Below, piece after piece: positions 1-10,343 of a stretch of DNA of 41,266 bases (the stretch's first letter is position 1; each line of letters opens with the position of its first letter). A program made the position numbers and the translations under genes. The DNA comes from a virus. Lineage: Duplodnaviria; Caudoviricetes. The notes under the pieces are model-generated. The model was given only the letters and a program-made list of their open reading frames with translations. It made no database searches and was not told where the DNA came from. The stretch lies in the IMG/VR virus record IMGVR_UViG_3300020388_000028, positions 1 through 41,266 of that record; one strand, 5' to 3'.

Positions 1-77
1 TTAAAGGTGGTTTGGGTGGTGCCCGGGGCCGGACTTGAACCGGCACGTCATTACTGACGAGGGATTTTAAATCCCTT
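1..77. repeat. attL direct repeat (3' part of tRNA-Leu plus flank; may extend left of the window)
   Basis: Identical to 40940-41016; diverges at 78 vs 41017, just past the anticodon arm. Confidence 0.95.
17..77 (-). pseudogene. Duplicated 3' fragment of tRNA-Leu (anticodon arm to CCA)
   Basis: Matches 40956-41016; lacks the 5' acceptor strand and D arm. Confidence 0.9.
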
Positions 78-115
78 TGATATACATAGGAAAAACAACA
101 GCTGAAAGGTGCACG

Positions 116-367
116 TTCCTAACAGATTGAGCGTTTTAACTCATTGATTTATGGTGTTTGACCACCTTTGCGTTAGGAAAGGTTTTGCGGTGTTAACGGC
201 CATTAGGGCGCGAAACCCTAAATAGAGCGCTACCATGTCAAGTTAAGGCGCATCGGAATAATCAAATGCTTTAGCATCGCGGGTTTGAAGTATGTTTTAG
301 GCGTTTTTTTATGTTAGGAATATGAGGGAATTTAGGGAAAGGCGAACTTATTGGAATCAATAAGTTA
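116..367. promoter_or_regulatory. att arm: putative integrase arm-type sites and IHF sites
   Basis: GTTAGGAA at 116-123 (minus), 172-179 and 313-320, and the same motif occurs three times near attR. Exact IHF consensus WATCAANNNNTTR at 137-149 (minus) and 355-367 (plus). Confidence 0.7.
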
Positions 368-402
368 CCTTTCCCCCGACTACTGTATAAGGTTACACAA
401 AG

Positions 403-2868
403 CTATGAGTCTATCATGTACTCCATTTGCTTATAGCCAGAAGTGCCGACCGAAGTTACAACCAAGCCCCGCTGATCCGAGCCAACGTAGAAGATAATGC
501 TAAAAGGGTTTTTACCTTTTTCAAGGTTTAGATCCCCAAGGCGGGCAAAAAGCTTTGAACCTACCGCTTTCACCGAAGTTGAATCGGTTGATATTTTCTG
601 CGTTCCGGAAACTATTTCAATTTTAGAAATGGTATTTTCTTCTAAATTTAAAAAACCATCGAGGTCGGTGACAATACCTGCCGTAGCGGACGGCCTAAAC
701 TGAAACATTTCACGGTTCGCTCTATCTTTATAGGCGATAATGTTACCTTGAGGTATTAAGGTGTAATCCAATATTTCCATAATTTCAAGTATGGCATTTG
801 GCTCTACCGCCTCAACAAGCACTTCAACAATTTCAGTGTCATTCAAGCCATCATCATCAATCGTGGTGACTTCGAACCGTAAGATTTGGGACGTTGTTTT
901 TGTCGGAGATACAAATGTTGGCGTGGCCGTATTTGCATCTAACAAAACTACACTATCACTACCGTTATCCAGCTGAGTCCAGCCGTAAGAAACTATAGCC
1001 CCATCTGGATCTGAACTTAAAGTAGCGTCTAGCTGAACATTTACACCCGCCGCAACTGATTGGTCGGGGCCAGCGTTTGCGGTGGGGGCTTGGTTTTGCG
1101 CTTCTTCCGGTGCTGTAAAAGCCGCAAAACGAATCAACGCTGCTTCGTTTACCTGTGAGCTTGAATTTAAGTGTGTTCCATCACTATTTACTGAAAGGTC
1201 AACAACTGATGTATCTCCACCAAAAAGGCAGTTGGGGTTGTTTTCTATGATGTAGTCAAATTCAGCACGCAATGTATCGCCTAGTCCGTTTTCGTAACTC
1301 CTGGGCACATAAGTTAAGTAATGGCTCGTTCCAAATTCGGCATGTAAGGCGTTAATCATTTCCTCAAGCCATGTACGCAAGGTTGCGCCATCGGTATCAA
1401 CGTTGGATTCACCACCCAGTGAAGCTGTAAACGATATGCCGCCACAGTCTGCTTCGGTAACCTCTTGCATGATTCGCGTATCCCACAAATCATTACTAGA
1501 TGGAATCCAGCGCTCTATACTTGTACCCCCGACAGCAACGTTAATAACGCCGATAGGAATACCGATTTTGGCGTACTCAACCGCAATACGAACCCACGTA
1601 GAGCCACCTGAACTATCTTCGCTTGTTGGGTCTAAAAGCCTCTGCCAAACACCATTCTTAAACATAGTTGGTCTTGGCTCTGCGGTAGTTAATTCGCCAA
1701 GTATGCTATTCTGAGTGCTAGATCCTCTCCCCGACTCATTAGACTGCCACCAAGCAAGCCAAGTAGCGCCTGCTGTTATGTAGCTTACTGTATCTGTAAC
1801 ATCAGTATTAGTGCTAACCCTTACAGTTATGTTTTGCTGATTAGTTATTACTACGTCTGTAGAGAAGTTGCCGTTAGAGTCTGTCGGGGCTTGAATCCAA
1901 TTGCCGCTGCCTACTTGATATTCAGCTGTAGCCCCTGCTGGCAAATCTGTAATTGAACCAGATAACGTAAATATAGCTTCAGATAGCGAGTCTGCTTTTT
2001 TCGTCTGGTATGTGTATGGGGTCAATATCGTAATTGTTGGGTCTGCTACCACCACGCCATCTTCCAACACAAAAAAGCTTACTTCATCTGTATCTTCTGT
2101 ACCGTCACTACCAGTAGTAGTTAGTAAGAATTTAATTTCTGTTAGGGCGTTAAAACTAGGAGCCGTGAATGTAGGTGAAATGGCTGTATCGTCACTTAGG
2201 GTTACACCTGTACTTGTAACCTCTGACCATACGCGACTTACTACGCCTGTTGACGCAGATGAATCAAGCGTAACTTCATCACCTGCACTTATATTACTTC
2301 GGTCTGCACCTGCATTCGCTACACTAGGGGTGGGTGTGGAAGCGCCTTCATAGCCGCCAGTAGTAAACCCTATCAATGTTCCGTGGTCGTAATCTCCTGA
2401 TGTATTGGTGAGTTGCGTGTCGCCTTGCACTCCGCCATCAAAATCATGGGTTATAACCCCATCAGAATCGCCAGTTATTGAAGCAACTCCGGACATTTTC
2501 CCCAAAAAATATGCAGCATCCGCCGAACGCCTCCCCCACCCTCTAATGTCCAACACCCCACTTGACGTACCAGTTGCGGTATTTCCACCAAACGTAAACG
2601 TTACAGTGGTGCCTACTCTGGTAATGCGCCCATCGGTAATAGTAGACGGAACAGTCACTGGGGGTACATCAACAGTCGTACCGCCCTCGCCCATGCGGAG
2701 CCTAACCTCGCTTTCCCGTATCTGTATAAAGCTATCGGTGCTATTGCTACTAAAAATGCACCCGAAAAAATCATCTATTTCTATCGTGGGGAGTATTACA
2801 TCGAAATCCCCCGTTAAATTGGCAATAAATCCGCCTATATGACCATTGCCGTCAAATACTATACCCAT
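403..2868 (-). CDS. Tail-associated protein with an SGNH/sialate O-acetylesterase-like domain between two PKD/Ig-like domains
   Basis: WWQSN, AVGGTSIERW, GGESN and DGTH motifs; PKD-like ANAGADR...VTLDSS and PTANAGPDQSV...VQLDA...SDPDG; last gene of the tail operon. Confidence 0.65.
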   Translation of the reverse strand: MGIVFDGNGHIGGFIANLTGDFDVILPTIEIDDFFGCIFSSNSTDSFIQIRESEVRLRMGEGGTTVDVPPVTVPSTITDGRITRVGTTVTFTFGGNTATGTSSGVLDIRGWGRRSADAAYFLGKMSGVASITGDSDGVITHDFDGGVQGDTQLTNTSGDYDHGTLIGFTTGGYEGASTPTPSVANAGADRSNISAGDEVTLDSSASTGVVSRVWSEVTSTGVTLSDDTAISPTFTAPSFNALTEIKFLLTTTGSDGTEDTDEVSFFVLEDGVVVADPTITILTPYTYQTKKADSLSEAIFTLSGSITDLPAGATAEYQVGSGNWIQAPTDSNGNFSTDVVITNQQNITVRVSTNTDVTDTVSYITAGATWLAWWQSNESGRGSSTQNSILGELTTAEPRPTMFKNGVWQRLLDPTSEDSSGGSTWVRIAVEYAKIGIPIGVINVAVGGTSIERWIPSSNDLWDTRIMQEVTEADCGGISFTASLGGESNVDTDGATLRTWLEEMINALHAEFGTSHYLTYVPRSYENGLGDTLRAEFDYIIENNPNCLFGGDTSVVDLSVNSDGTHLNSSSQVNEAALIRFAAFTAPEEAQNQAPTANAGPDQSVAAGVNVQLDATLSSDPDGAIVSYGWTQLDNGSDSVVLLDANTATPTFVSPTKTTSQILRFEVTTIDDDGLNDTEIVEVLVEAVEPNAILEIMEILDYTLIPQGNIIAYKDRANREMFQFRPSATAGIVTDLDGFLNLEENTISKIEIVSGTQKISTDSTSVKAVGSKLFARLGDLNLEKGKNPFSIIFYVGSDQRGLVVTSVGTSGYKQMEYMIDS

Positions 2869-2880
2869 TCTATTCGCCCT

Positions 2881-5817
2881 TTATACTGTAATTGAAATTG
2901 TGTTAGACCAAGCGCCAACAAGCGCACCATTTAAGCACCTGCACCGAATTTGATAAGTACCGCTTGAAAAGTTAACTGAGCGTTTGAAACAACCAATAAC
3001 GCCGGGTAAGCCAACATTATCAACGTCCAAGGTTGCCCATGTTGAACCACTATCACTTGATGATTGAAATTCCATATCGGTCATGGTGAAGCGGTTTGAG
3101 TCGTCCAAAGTGGGGTAGGTTTTAAGGACTTCAATTGATGAATGATTACCACCCAATAACCCACGCCCTTCATAAAAATAATTCGAATCTTTTTTCTGGT
3201 TGTTCATCTGCGTGGTATTCACGCAGCGAACCCCATCAACGGTGCAATTCCAAATCTCGAAGTAAGCTGCACTATCACTAACCGAGAATACTTCGCGGGT
3301 TCCATATCCTTGAATGTATTCGTTATTGGCTAGCGTTACGCACCCATGCTTGTGAGTACGAGTGATTTTGCAAGCGCCCTCTAAACGGCTGTTAACCATT
3401 TCAGTGCGCTTTTTTAAATCCGTTATTGAGTCTGAGCCGTTCTTGCCGTCAAGGTTATAAATGTGGGCGCTGTATAAGAAGCTATCTTCATCATAATTTG
3501 AGCTGTTAATAACAATAATGTCAGAGTTGCCAAAGTCTGCTTGGTAGTTGCCATAGTTTGAGTTGAGCAATAGGTCCGCTGTAATATTTCCGAGTTGTTG
3601 GTTCTCAACAAATGGACCATATAAATCCCCCACTACCGCAACTTGCCACGTTGAGTTAGGGTAATCGTCTTTCAGGGTTTCACCATCCTGCAGAGTCAGT
3701 CCGTAACCGCCGATGAAGTCCATACCATCAACTTCAAGGGATTGAGCCCCTTTTAAAGTAATACCATTTCGTCGGTTCTGAACGCTCACATTCTCGAACA
3801 AGAAGTTTTTTCCCGCACTGCTAGACATTCGGTAGCCATCTTGGTCGTTAAGCGCCATCTCTTGGTTTTGAATGTGAATGTCCGCAACGTAGTCATCACG
3901 CAAACGTCGAACTGGTATAAGCTTCCAACTTAAATCAATATCCGAGCCGTTAGCCTCGCCACTTAATGTCGGTACAGTTGGCGTTTCTGTTCTTATAAGC
4001 TTTTGAACATAGATATTTTGTACCGCGCCTTTATAGCCGGAGGCGGTTATTTCTATTTGTGTAGTGTTCGCTGGCGCACGTATTAACCAGACTTCATAAC
4101 CCTCAATGCTGTGGCTATATTTTGGTATAGCACTGCCAAGTTTCGGCATAACCGAACCACTTGAACGGTCAGTAAGGTTTAAAATTACTTGATAGATTTC
4201 ATCTGTTTCAAATGCGTAAGCCGCGGTAAGTGAATTACTGGTACCGCTTGTCGTATAAACACCATCATTGTTAGCCCACCCTGAACCGCTAAACGCATTA
4301 GGCTGCACAACTTTGGGGCTTACTTCCTCAGAACCTTTAATAGTAAACTGATGCATGTATATTAGGGTTTCAGTGGAATAGCGGAAATAATCAATCGCTG
4401 ATTCACCTGGGTCTAAATGAAGCCATGCCGTACTTGGCATGTATCGAATAGAACCATTTACGGTAGGAAGTATTTTTGCCCCGCTGGGTAAGGTAATTAC
4501 ATTTTGAAACGGTCTTTCTGAACCCTGCACGGCAATAGCATTTGCTAGCTCTGGTATGTGCATGTATGGCAGGTAAAGCGTTTTATTAGCGCTCACTTCC
4601 ATAGAATCTAAAGTTACTGTGGCTTTCTCGCCGCGCCAAGCCTCGCCTTCTAGCAATTCAATCGTTTCGTTATAGAGAATGCCATTAACGGTTACGCTGT
4701 TGAGAACGAACGTGCAAGGACCAAGGGCCGATAAAAACGGCAAAGGCAAATGAGCGCGGTAGTCGCCGCCGTTAATCGTTACCGTTGCATTAGGTCCAGC
4801 GACAACAACACCCAAGCCACCCACTTCATCTAAGTTGCAGCCAGAGTTATTAAGCTCACCACCTTTGTGAAAATAGTAAGCAAAACTGTCACCGGCTAAT
4901 TGCCTAGCCCAGCTAATCATGCAATCGCGAGCGGTTGAGTATTCTTGAAATTCTATTCCTGCACCATCGCGCTGAGATACCAAGCCTTTTGCATCAACTT
5001 CACATTCAAATTTAAAACCGTTGCCGCTAAAGCCTTTAGTTTCCACATAACGAACAATGGCAGCATCACCGGCTTCAATTTTTAAGCCATGCAATAACGT
5101 TTCGTTTTCGCTGTAATTGTGGTTCTCATTAACTATCTTGCCGCCGATCACTTCCATATCAGAGTGACCGGAGCGAATAACCATGCCAATGTCACCGGTG
5201 CCGGTTACATTGAAATCTTGCGTGCTTACGTTACTTGAGCCGGTAGGAATATCTAAAAACTTAAATATCGTATTGATGAATGTTAGCTTTCTAAATATCC
5301 AATCGAACATAGCGTAACCCTGTGTTTCGATAAGCCCCGCGTTATTCAGCGAAGCGCTATACACCTCGCCGCCGCGATTGTTACTGGTTAGCTTTAATGC
5401 GGGGTCTGAATCTTTGGCTTTTATTCCGAAAAAACGATGGTAGTTAGCCCCGACAATAATAAAATCACCGGAAACGTTTTGAATCCAAGGGCTGTGGCTA
5501 TCAAGGTTGTAATCAATATCGCGTTCACCGACTTGTAAGCCGAAGTAAAACGAAAGAGGATTACCTTCGCGGCCTTTGTCTATATCGAAGGTCCACGGTA
5601 ACGTTCGGGGCGTCCAGTCTTTAACTTGATTGGCACTTGAGCCGATGTAGAAGTTATCGCCAGGGTCTATGCGGTATTCTGGATCTTCCTCTTCACTACC
5701 TGAAAACTCACGGCGATAAATATTTTCAACTTCTTGCGCGGGGTTACAATCTGACCATTCTGTACCATCAGTCCAGCTAGACGCCACGGTTAAATTAATA
5801 TCAAACAATCTATCCAT
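2881..5817 (-). CDS. Putative tailspike/depolymerase (beta-helix, VCBS-like, CBM-like and FN3 segments)
   Basis: 978 aa rich in G/N/D beta-strand repeats (e.g. GFSGNGFKFE, FENVSVQNRRNGITL); VCBS-like GSIRYMP...LDPGES..DYFRY; FN3-like C-terminus; overlaps the upstream fibre gene. Confidence 0.6.
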   Translation of the reverse strand: MDRLFDINLTVASSWTDGTEWSDCNPAQEVENIYRREFSGSEEEDPEYRIDPGDNFYIGSSANQVKDWTPRTLPWTFDIDKGREGNPLSFYFGLQVGERDIDYNLDSHSPWIQNVSGDFIIVGANYHRFFGIKAKDSDPALKLTSNNRGGEVYSASLNNAGLIETQGYAMFDWIFRKLTFINTIFKFLDIPTGSSNVSTQDFNVTGTGDIGMVIRSGHSDMEVIGGKIVNENHNYSENETLLHGLKIEAGDAAIVRYVETKGFSGNGFKFECEVDAKGLVSQRDGAGIEFQEYSTARDCMISWARQLAGDSFAYYFHKGGELNNSGCNLDEVGGLGVVVAGPNATVTINGGDYRAHLPLPFLSALGPCTFVLNSVTVNGILYNETIELLEGEAWRGEKATVTLDSMEVSANKTLYLPYMHIPELANAIAVQGSERPFQNVITLPSGAKILPTVNGSIRYMPSTAWLHLDPGESAIDYFRYSTETLIYMHQFTIKGSEEVSPKVVQPNAFSGSGWANNDGVYTTSGTSNSLTAAYAFETDEIYQVILNLTDRSSGSVMPKLGSAIPKYSHSIEGYEVWLIRAPANTTQIEITASGYKGAVQNIYVQKLIRTETPTVPTLSGEANGSDIDLSWKLIPVRRLRDDYVADIHIQNQEMALNDQDGYRMSSSAGKNFLFENVSVQNRRNGITLKGAQSLEVDGMDFIGGYGLTLQDGETLKDDYPNSTWQVAVVGDLYGPFVENQQLGNITADLLLNSNYGNYQADFGNSDIIVINSSNYDEDSFLYSAHIYNLDGKNGSDSITDLKKRTEMVNSRLEGACKITRTHKHGCVTLANNEYIQGYGTREVFSVSDSAAYFEIWNCTVDGVRCVNTTQMNNQKKDSNYFYEGRGLLGGNHSSIEVLKTYPTLDDSNRFTMTDMEFQSSSDSGSTWATLDVDNVGLPGVIGCFKRSVNFSSGTYQIRCRCLNGALVGAWSNTISITV

Positions 5818-7204
5818 AGTGCGGCATTCTCATTCTTGTAGACTCAACCGTAAATGCTGCAGTGACAGAGCTACCGCCGCGCTTAAAGTAAATGCGGTCA
5901 TTTGTGATATACCGTCCGGTTCCTGAGTAGTGGATGATGCGGGGGTCTTGGTTGGCATCTGTAATAGCCAGCTTGCCGCTCACATAATTCACCACGATCA
6001 CGAGCTCAAATTCATAATCGTCTAACGCATCCGCGAAAAAACGTAACGCATCTGTGCCGCTTGTAGCCTCGGTAACGGTGAATGTATTACCATCTTGCAC
6101 CCAACTACCACCCAACGTGTGAGGGCTGCTAGGTGTCATATCTTCGCTGTACCAATACCCATCACTGCGTAGCGAGAAGGTTAAAAACGGGCTGGAAACT
6201 GACGCGTCATTGTCGCGAGTGTAGTAAGCGTTAAGTGATTCAAAGTGTGATTTTTCAGTGTCTAAGGTTTCCCATCGGTTGCCCATTTGAATGAAATCAA
6301 TCACACCGATGAAGCCATTGCCTATAGTAGTCAGGTTGGTAACGCTCGCGGTTACTGTGTGCCATTGGTGGTTGGCGAGTGTTGGATTGCCTGGTAAACC
6401 ATTACCACCATTACCCATTGGGCAAACGCGAAGCGTAATATCGCCCGTATACGTTGCATTGAGCTTTAAATAACGACTACTAGGCATCACCATGAACTTA
6501 CGACTTTGCAGCGAATTAGGCACCGTAAACCATGAATCTGGCATAGCAACATGAACCAATCCGCGTATGCCATCGGTAAGGATTTCTCGGCGATTGTTAG
6601 GTGAGGCCGTTGGTATGGTTTCCGTTTGCTTTAACTTTAGGTATTCAACTAATAGCTGTGTAAGCGATGGATCGTTTTCAACAGGTGGGCTTACTGCCTG
6701 AGTTTTCTTGTTATCAGTATCGATATTATCGGGCAACTGCTCAGTAGAGACTTTACCGGTAACGTTTTCAAAATCTGGCCAGCCTTGAGCATAATCGGGT
6801 TTGTCGGTTATCTCGCTGTATTTCGCCCAGCGTCTCACAAACTCCGGTAGCGATGAAGCAAGAATGTCACCCCAAGAAACCTCAGAGGTGCCCGCTCCGC
6901 CTGCATCTACAAACGCTTGATAAGCTGCTCGGTTTCGCTCTAACGCTGTGAGCAATTCAGCCACGGCACCAATGGGAATGATTTTCGCGGCCACATTGCT
7001 CACGTCACCCTGCGCCCACGACGAACTAAGGGTGAGCGTACTGTCCGTTGTACTGCTTTCAAGAATAGTGCTGGGAATTTTGCCAGCAATAAACAACTGG
7101 CTTCCCTCAACCACACCGAAAACTGAATCACTGTTATTAACAGTGACCACGGAGTTACCATCTGATGCGCTTATATCGCTCAGATTAAAAATAAATTCGC
7201 TCAT
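5810..7204 (-). CDS. Tail fibre protein
   Basis: Follows J; N-terminal beta anchor, W/Y-x-x-I-x-x-K-P-type repeats (YSEITDKP, FENVTGK), beta-rich C-terminus. Confidence 0.7.
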   Translation of the reverse strand: MSEFIFNLSDISASDGNSVVTVNNSDSVFGVVEGSQLFIAGKIPSTILESSTTDSTLTLSSSWAQGDVSNVAAKIIPIGAVAELLTALERNRAAYQAFVDAGGAGTSEVSWGDILASSLPEFVRRWAKYSEITDKPDYAQGWPDFENVTGKVSTEQLPDNIDTDNKKTQAVSPPVENDPSLTQLLVEYLKLKQTETIPTASPNNRREILTDGIRGLVHVAMPDSWFTVPNSLQSRKFMVMPSSRYLKLNATYTGDITLRVCPMGNGGNGLPGNPTLANHQWHTVTASVTNLTTIGNGFIGVIDFIQMGNRWETLDTEKSHFESLNAYYTRDNDASVSSPFLTFSLRSDGYWYSEDMTPSSPHTLGGSWVQDGNTFTVTEATSGTDALRFFADALDDYEFELVIVVNYVSGKLAITDANQDPRIIHYSGTGRYITNDRIYFKRGGSSVTAAFTVESTRMRMPHYG

Positions 7205-7211
7205 TTAATTG

Positions 7212-10200
7212 CTATACCTCAGTGCTTAAGACTGATAATTCTTGACGGGTGATAAATTGCTGCATTAAGTGCCGGTACTGATTTGAAACAACAACCCGAT
7301 AATTGAAAGTGCCCATTGAAGTGTGAGTATCTGTGTATGTGAATGAGGCAGTAGTGTTCTCGTTGAACGTACACGTTGTGCCTGTCTCCGGTTCATCAAT
7401 CTGAGTCGTCGTGACAGTCCCAGTTACATTTTCAGTTTTAATGGTTTGCCACGCGCCACCGCCTAAACTTCTCTGTAGTGTTAATGTGGCGGATGGGTCC
7501 GTGAGCTCTGTGGTAGGGCATGAATTATTATCAACGTAGGTACCGCGCCACAATATTCCGAAAACAATTTGCTTAGCGTTTCCGTTCGTTGTGAACTCGC
7601 CTATTTCAACGGATGGATTTAACGATAAAAGCGTAGCTCTGGCACCATTGCTTAACGCACCTGCAGATAAGTTGCCGCCAAAATACGCATTGCCGTCTGT
7701 ATCTTTCCATTCAATAGCATTGGATTTTGTAAGGCTGGCAAAATCTGGCTCACCGTTTCCATCTAATAACGCGGGGCCGTACCAATACCAAAGGTCATCG
7801 GCGCCAAATCCATCAGCCAATTCAACCTTCATAAAGTTGCTGCCGATCATTTGGAATTCTGGTGAAACTAGCTTGCCCCAGAATCGTCCAGAGCCGTGAA
7901 ACTCAAGCTCGTTAGTAGAGGTATTAACACCCAATACAACATAGCCTTCGCTATTAACCCAGTAAGTGTTTTGAGCGAGAAAAATAATCTCAGAAACGCT
8001 TTCACTTCCATTGATAAATACACCAGTCATGCGGCCGTTAGCATCAATAGCAAATTGAATTTGCCCTTCAACTTCGCCAATGGCATTTTCGAGCGCTTGG
8101 AAATATGAAAATACGCTAACAGCTTGCCCTTCTAGGTTATTTATTTTTACCTCAGTGAACGCTTGAGCGAACGCGGCGCCTTCAACCCAATTCCCCTCGC
8201 TATCTTCATAGCCAATTTGCGCATTCTTAAATTCAGATATTTGAGCCTGAACACTACTACTGCCAACTTTTTCTCGTACAGCGATAATCTCTAGGCTATT
8301 GGCTTGATTGGCTTGCTCAACCTGAGACACGTTGTAAATCAGCGCTTCGTATTCTTCACCTAAGTCACCTGTTTGCTTAGACCAGTTTTCAATATCTTCC
8401 ATCACGCCACTAATGGTATCTCCTAAGTTACCGGGCAGCCCCGGCAACTGTACCGATCTAACAATATCTTCCCATCGAGCTAAATCATTTGAAGTGATTG
8501 CATTTGTCGATATCCACCCTGACTGGCCAAGGGCGTTAAACGAACTTACCCAGATTTTGTATTCAGTGTTGGGCGCTAACCCTGTAAACGTGTATGTATG
8601 AGATGGGCCACGGTGAGGAATAGGCGGTTCTTCATCTTCTAAGACGTGACTAATAGAAAACAAAAACGCCGTTGATGAGTCTGAACCCGCTAAATAAGGG
8701 ATTACTTCCAACTCAAAATTCTCAGCATTAACCGTTATATCAGTAGGCGCACCAGGCGCTTGCATTACTAGTGCAACTTCTGACCATCCACTTCTTTGAG
8801 CAAGGCCGCCAATGGCGCGAACACGAAAGCGATAAGAACCAAGATCGAAACCCGTTAACTCTACCGAGTTTATTGCAATTCGTTCAGATTCCAACACAAG
8901 GCCGTCCTGAGTCAAAACCTGATAATCAAAGCGGGGAGCTATCGAAACCCAACTAACCCGTACCTGCACAAAATTGCTATAGATATGCTCTATATTTAAA
9001 TCTGATGGAGGAAGTGGGGCGCTTGGAGTGTAGCTAGTATCAGGAAGCTTTGGTTTATCTCCATCACCAAAGAAATCATAAATGTAAGGTTGATGCTCCC
9101 GCACCTTTAATACGACTTCCTCCCTGTTTTCTTCCATCGATTCGATACGAAATAACTTGCCATCCCATCCGGGGAATGAGTGAGAAACCGGAACGATATC
9201 ACCTACATGATATATCGTTGCCCATTTCGGAAGCGTTATAGTGGTTCTTAACTGCTGACGCGATACCTCAAGGTAAGTTTTAGCGAATTCAAGCGCCTCA
9301 TAATAATTTCGGCAAGTCGAAAGCTCGATAGTGGTTTCTAACACAACGCCATTATCTTCAGCCTGAAGGGCGCTCTCGGTATCACTATCTTTTTCAGGGT
9401 ATACCGCTTCTTGTTTACTACCATCTGCTTCAGGATCATAGTAAGAGACGCTTACGCGATTAAATCTACTATTTTTATTGCCTTCAGTGATTTTCCCCAG
9501 CTGTAAAACATCACGTTCGATAATGGGTTGCGATACTGGGGCGCTATCTTCTTCAACAATAAGGGTGAGCTGGCCATTTATAACAGGAAGCCATCCCCGC
9601 ATTGGCTTTAATAGTATGTTTACGTTATCTAAAACAGTGTTGCTAGTATCAAGTGCAACATTACATGAAAACAAATCTCTATTATTTCCGCTGCCGCTTT
9701 GCTCTTCAACGTCAGAATTACTTAGCGCCTCGGCATAGTTGAAGTGAGATAAATTTAAATACGACTCTGGTAAGCCCTTGCCGTATACCCCATTAGTTAG
9801 ATAGTCGCGTAGCGCTCTTGCAGGGTTGGTAAATGTTGTGCCGGTTAGATCGGCAGTTAAATTAGGCTCAGAAGAAATAGCGTTCTCGCCGCCGTGGTAC
9901 TCTAGCCTTACATATGAGCAGGCTTTACCGTCCAACCTATCATCAGTTCGCCAACCTGCGTTTGTTAGTAATGGGTCGGAGTAAGATCCCATTCCATTCG
10001 GAAAGTTGACAACGAAAACAACCTTTCCGCCATCATCATGATAAAAGACAGAATCATTGGAACTATAATGAATATCATCAATATAGACTTCATCTATGCT
10101 TTCAACTGCTTCAGACCAGACAACGATAATATGAAGCAAGTCATTTTTGATATCATCACTATCGGCATCGTTTGTTTCTTTAAATACGATGGTGCCGGTT

Positions 10201-10343
10201 TCTTTCTCTACGCTCCCATATATTTTTTTTATGTTCGCATCTGTTGAGGCACTAGTAAGCTCTGCGCCTGGAGGAAGCGGTTCGGGCACATCAGGTATTA
10301 ACCACCCAAATGCGAAATCAAATACATCATCTAAGAAGCCCAT
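7212..10343 (-). CDS. Central tail fibre / tip attachment protein (lambda J-like)
   Basis: 1043 aa; IYG, NPARALRDYLT and RFNRVSVSYYDP motifs; two FN3 repeats; coiled-coil region; position in the tail operon. Confidence 0.85.
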   Translation of the reverse strand: MGFLDDVFDFAFGWLIPDVPEPLPPGAELTSASTDANIKKIYGSVEKETGTIVFKETNDADSDDIKNDLLHIIVVWSEAVESIDEVYIDDIHYSSNDSVFYHDDGGKVVFVVNFPNGMGSYSDPLLTNAGWRTDDRLDGKACSYVRLEYHGGENAISSEPNLTADLTGTTFTNPARALRDYLTNGVYGKGLPESYLNLSHFNYAEALSNSDVEEQSGSGNNRDLFSCNVALDTSNTVLDNVNILLKPMRGWLPVINGQLTLIVEEDSAPVSQPIIERDVLQLGKITEGNKNSRFNRVSVSYYDPEADGSKQEAVYPEKDSDTESALQAEDNGVVLETTIELSTCRNYYEALEFAKTYLEVSRQQLRTTITLPKWATIYHVGDIVPVSHSFPGWDGKLFRIESMEENREEVVLKVREHQPYIYDFFGDGDKPKLPDTSYTPSAPLPPSDLNIEHIYSNFVQVRVSWVSIAPRFDYQVLTQDGLVLESERIAINSVELTGFDLGSYRFRVRAIGGLAQRSGWSEVALVMQAPGAPTDITVNAENFELEVIPYLAGSDSSTAFLFSISHVLEDEEPPIPHRGPSHTYTFTGLAPNTEYKIWVSSFNALGQSGWISTNAITSNDLARWEDIVRSVQLPGLPGNLGDTISGVMEDIENWSKQTGDLGEEYEALIYNVSQVEQANQANSLEIIAVREKVGSSSVQAQISEFKNAQIGYEDSEGNWVEGAAFAQAFTEVKINNLEGQAVSVFSYFQALENAIGEVEGQIQFAIDANGRMTGVFINGSESVSEIIFLAQNTYWVNSEGYVVLGVNTSTNELEFHGSGRFWGKLVSPEFQMIGSNFMKVELADGFGADDLWYWYGPALLDGNGEPDFASLTKSNAIEWKDTDGNAYFGGNLSAGALSNGARATLLSLNPSVEIGEFTTNGNAKQIVFGILWRGTYVDNNSCPTTELTDPSATLTLQRSLGGGAWQTIKTENVTGTVTTTQIDEPETGTTCTFNENTTASFTYTDTHTSMGTFNYRVVVSNQYRHLMQQFITRQELSVLSTEV

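Noticed and set aside
381-400. LexA-box-like TACTGTATAAGGTTACACAA
   Set aside because: The right half is CAC rather than the required CAG, and there is no gene for it to control
403-10343. Diversity-generating retroelement or invertible tail-fibre cassette
   Set aside because: No reverse transcriptase, serine invertase or template/variable repeat pair seen
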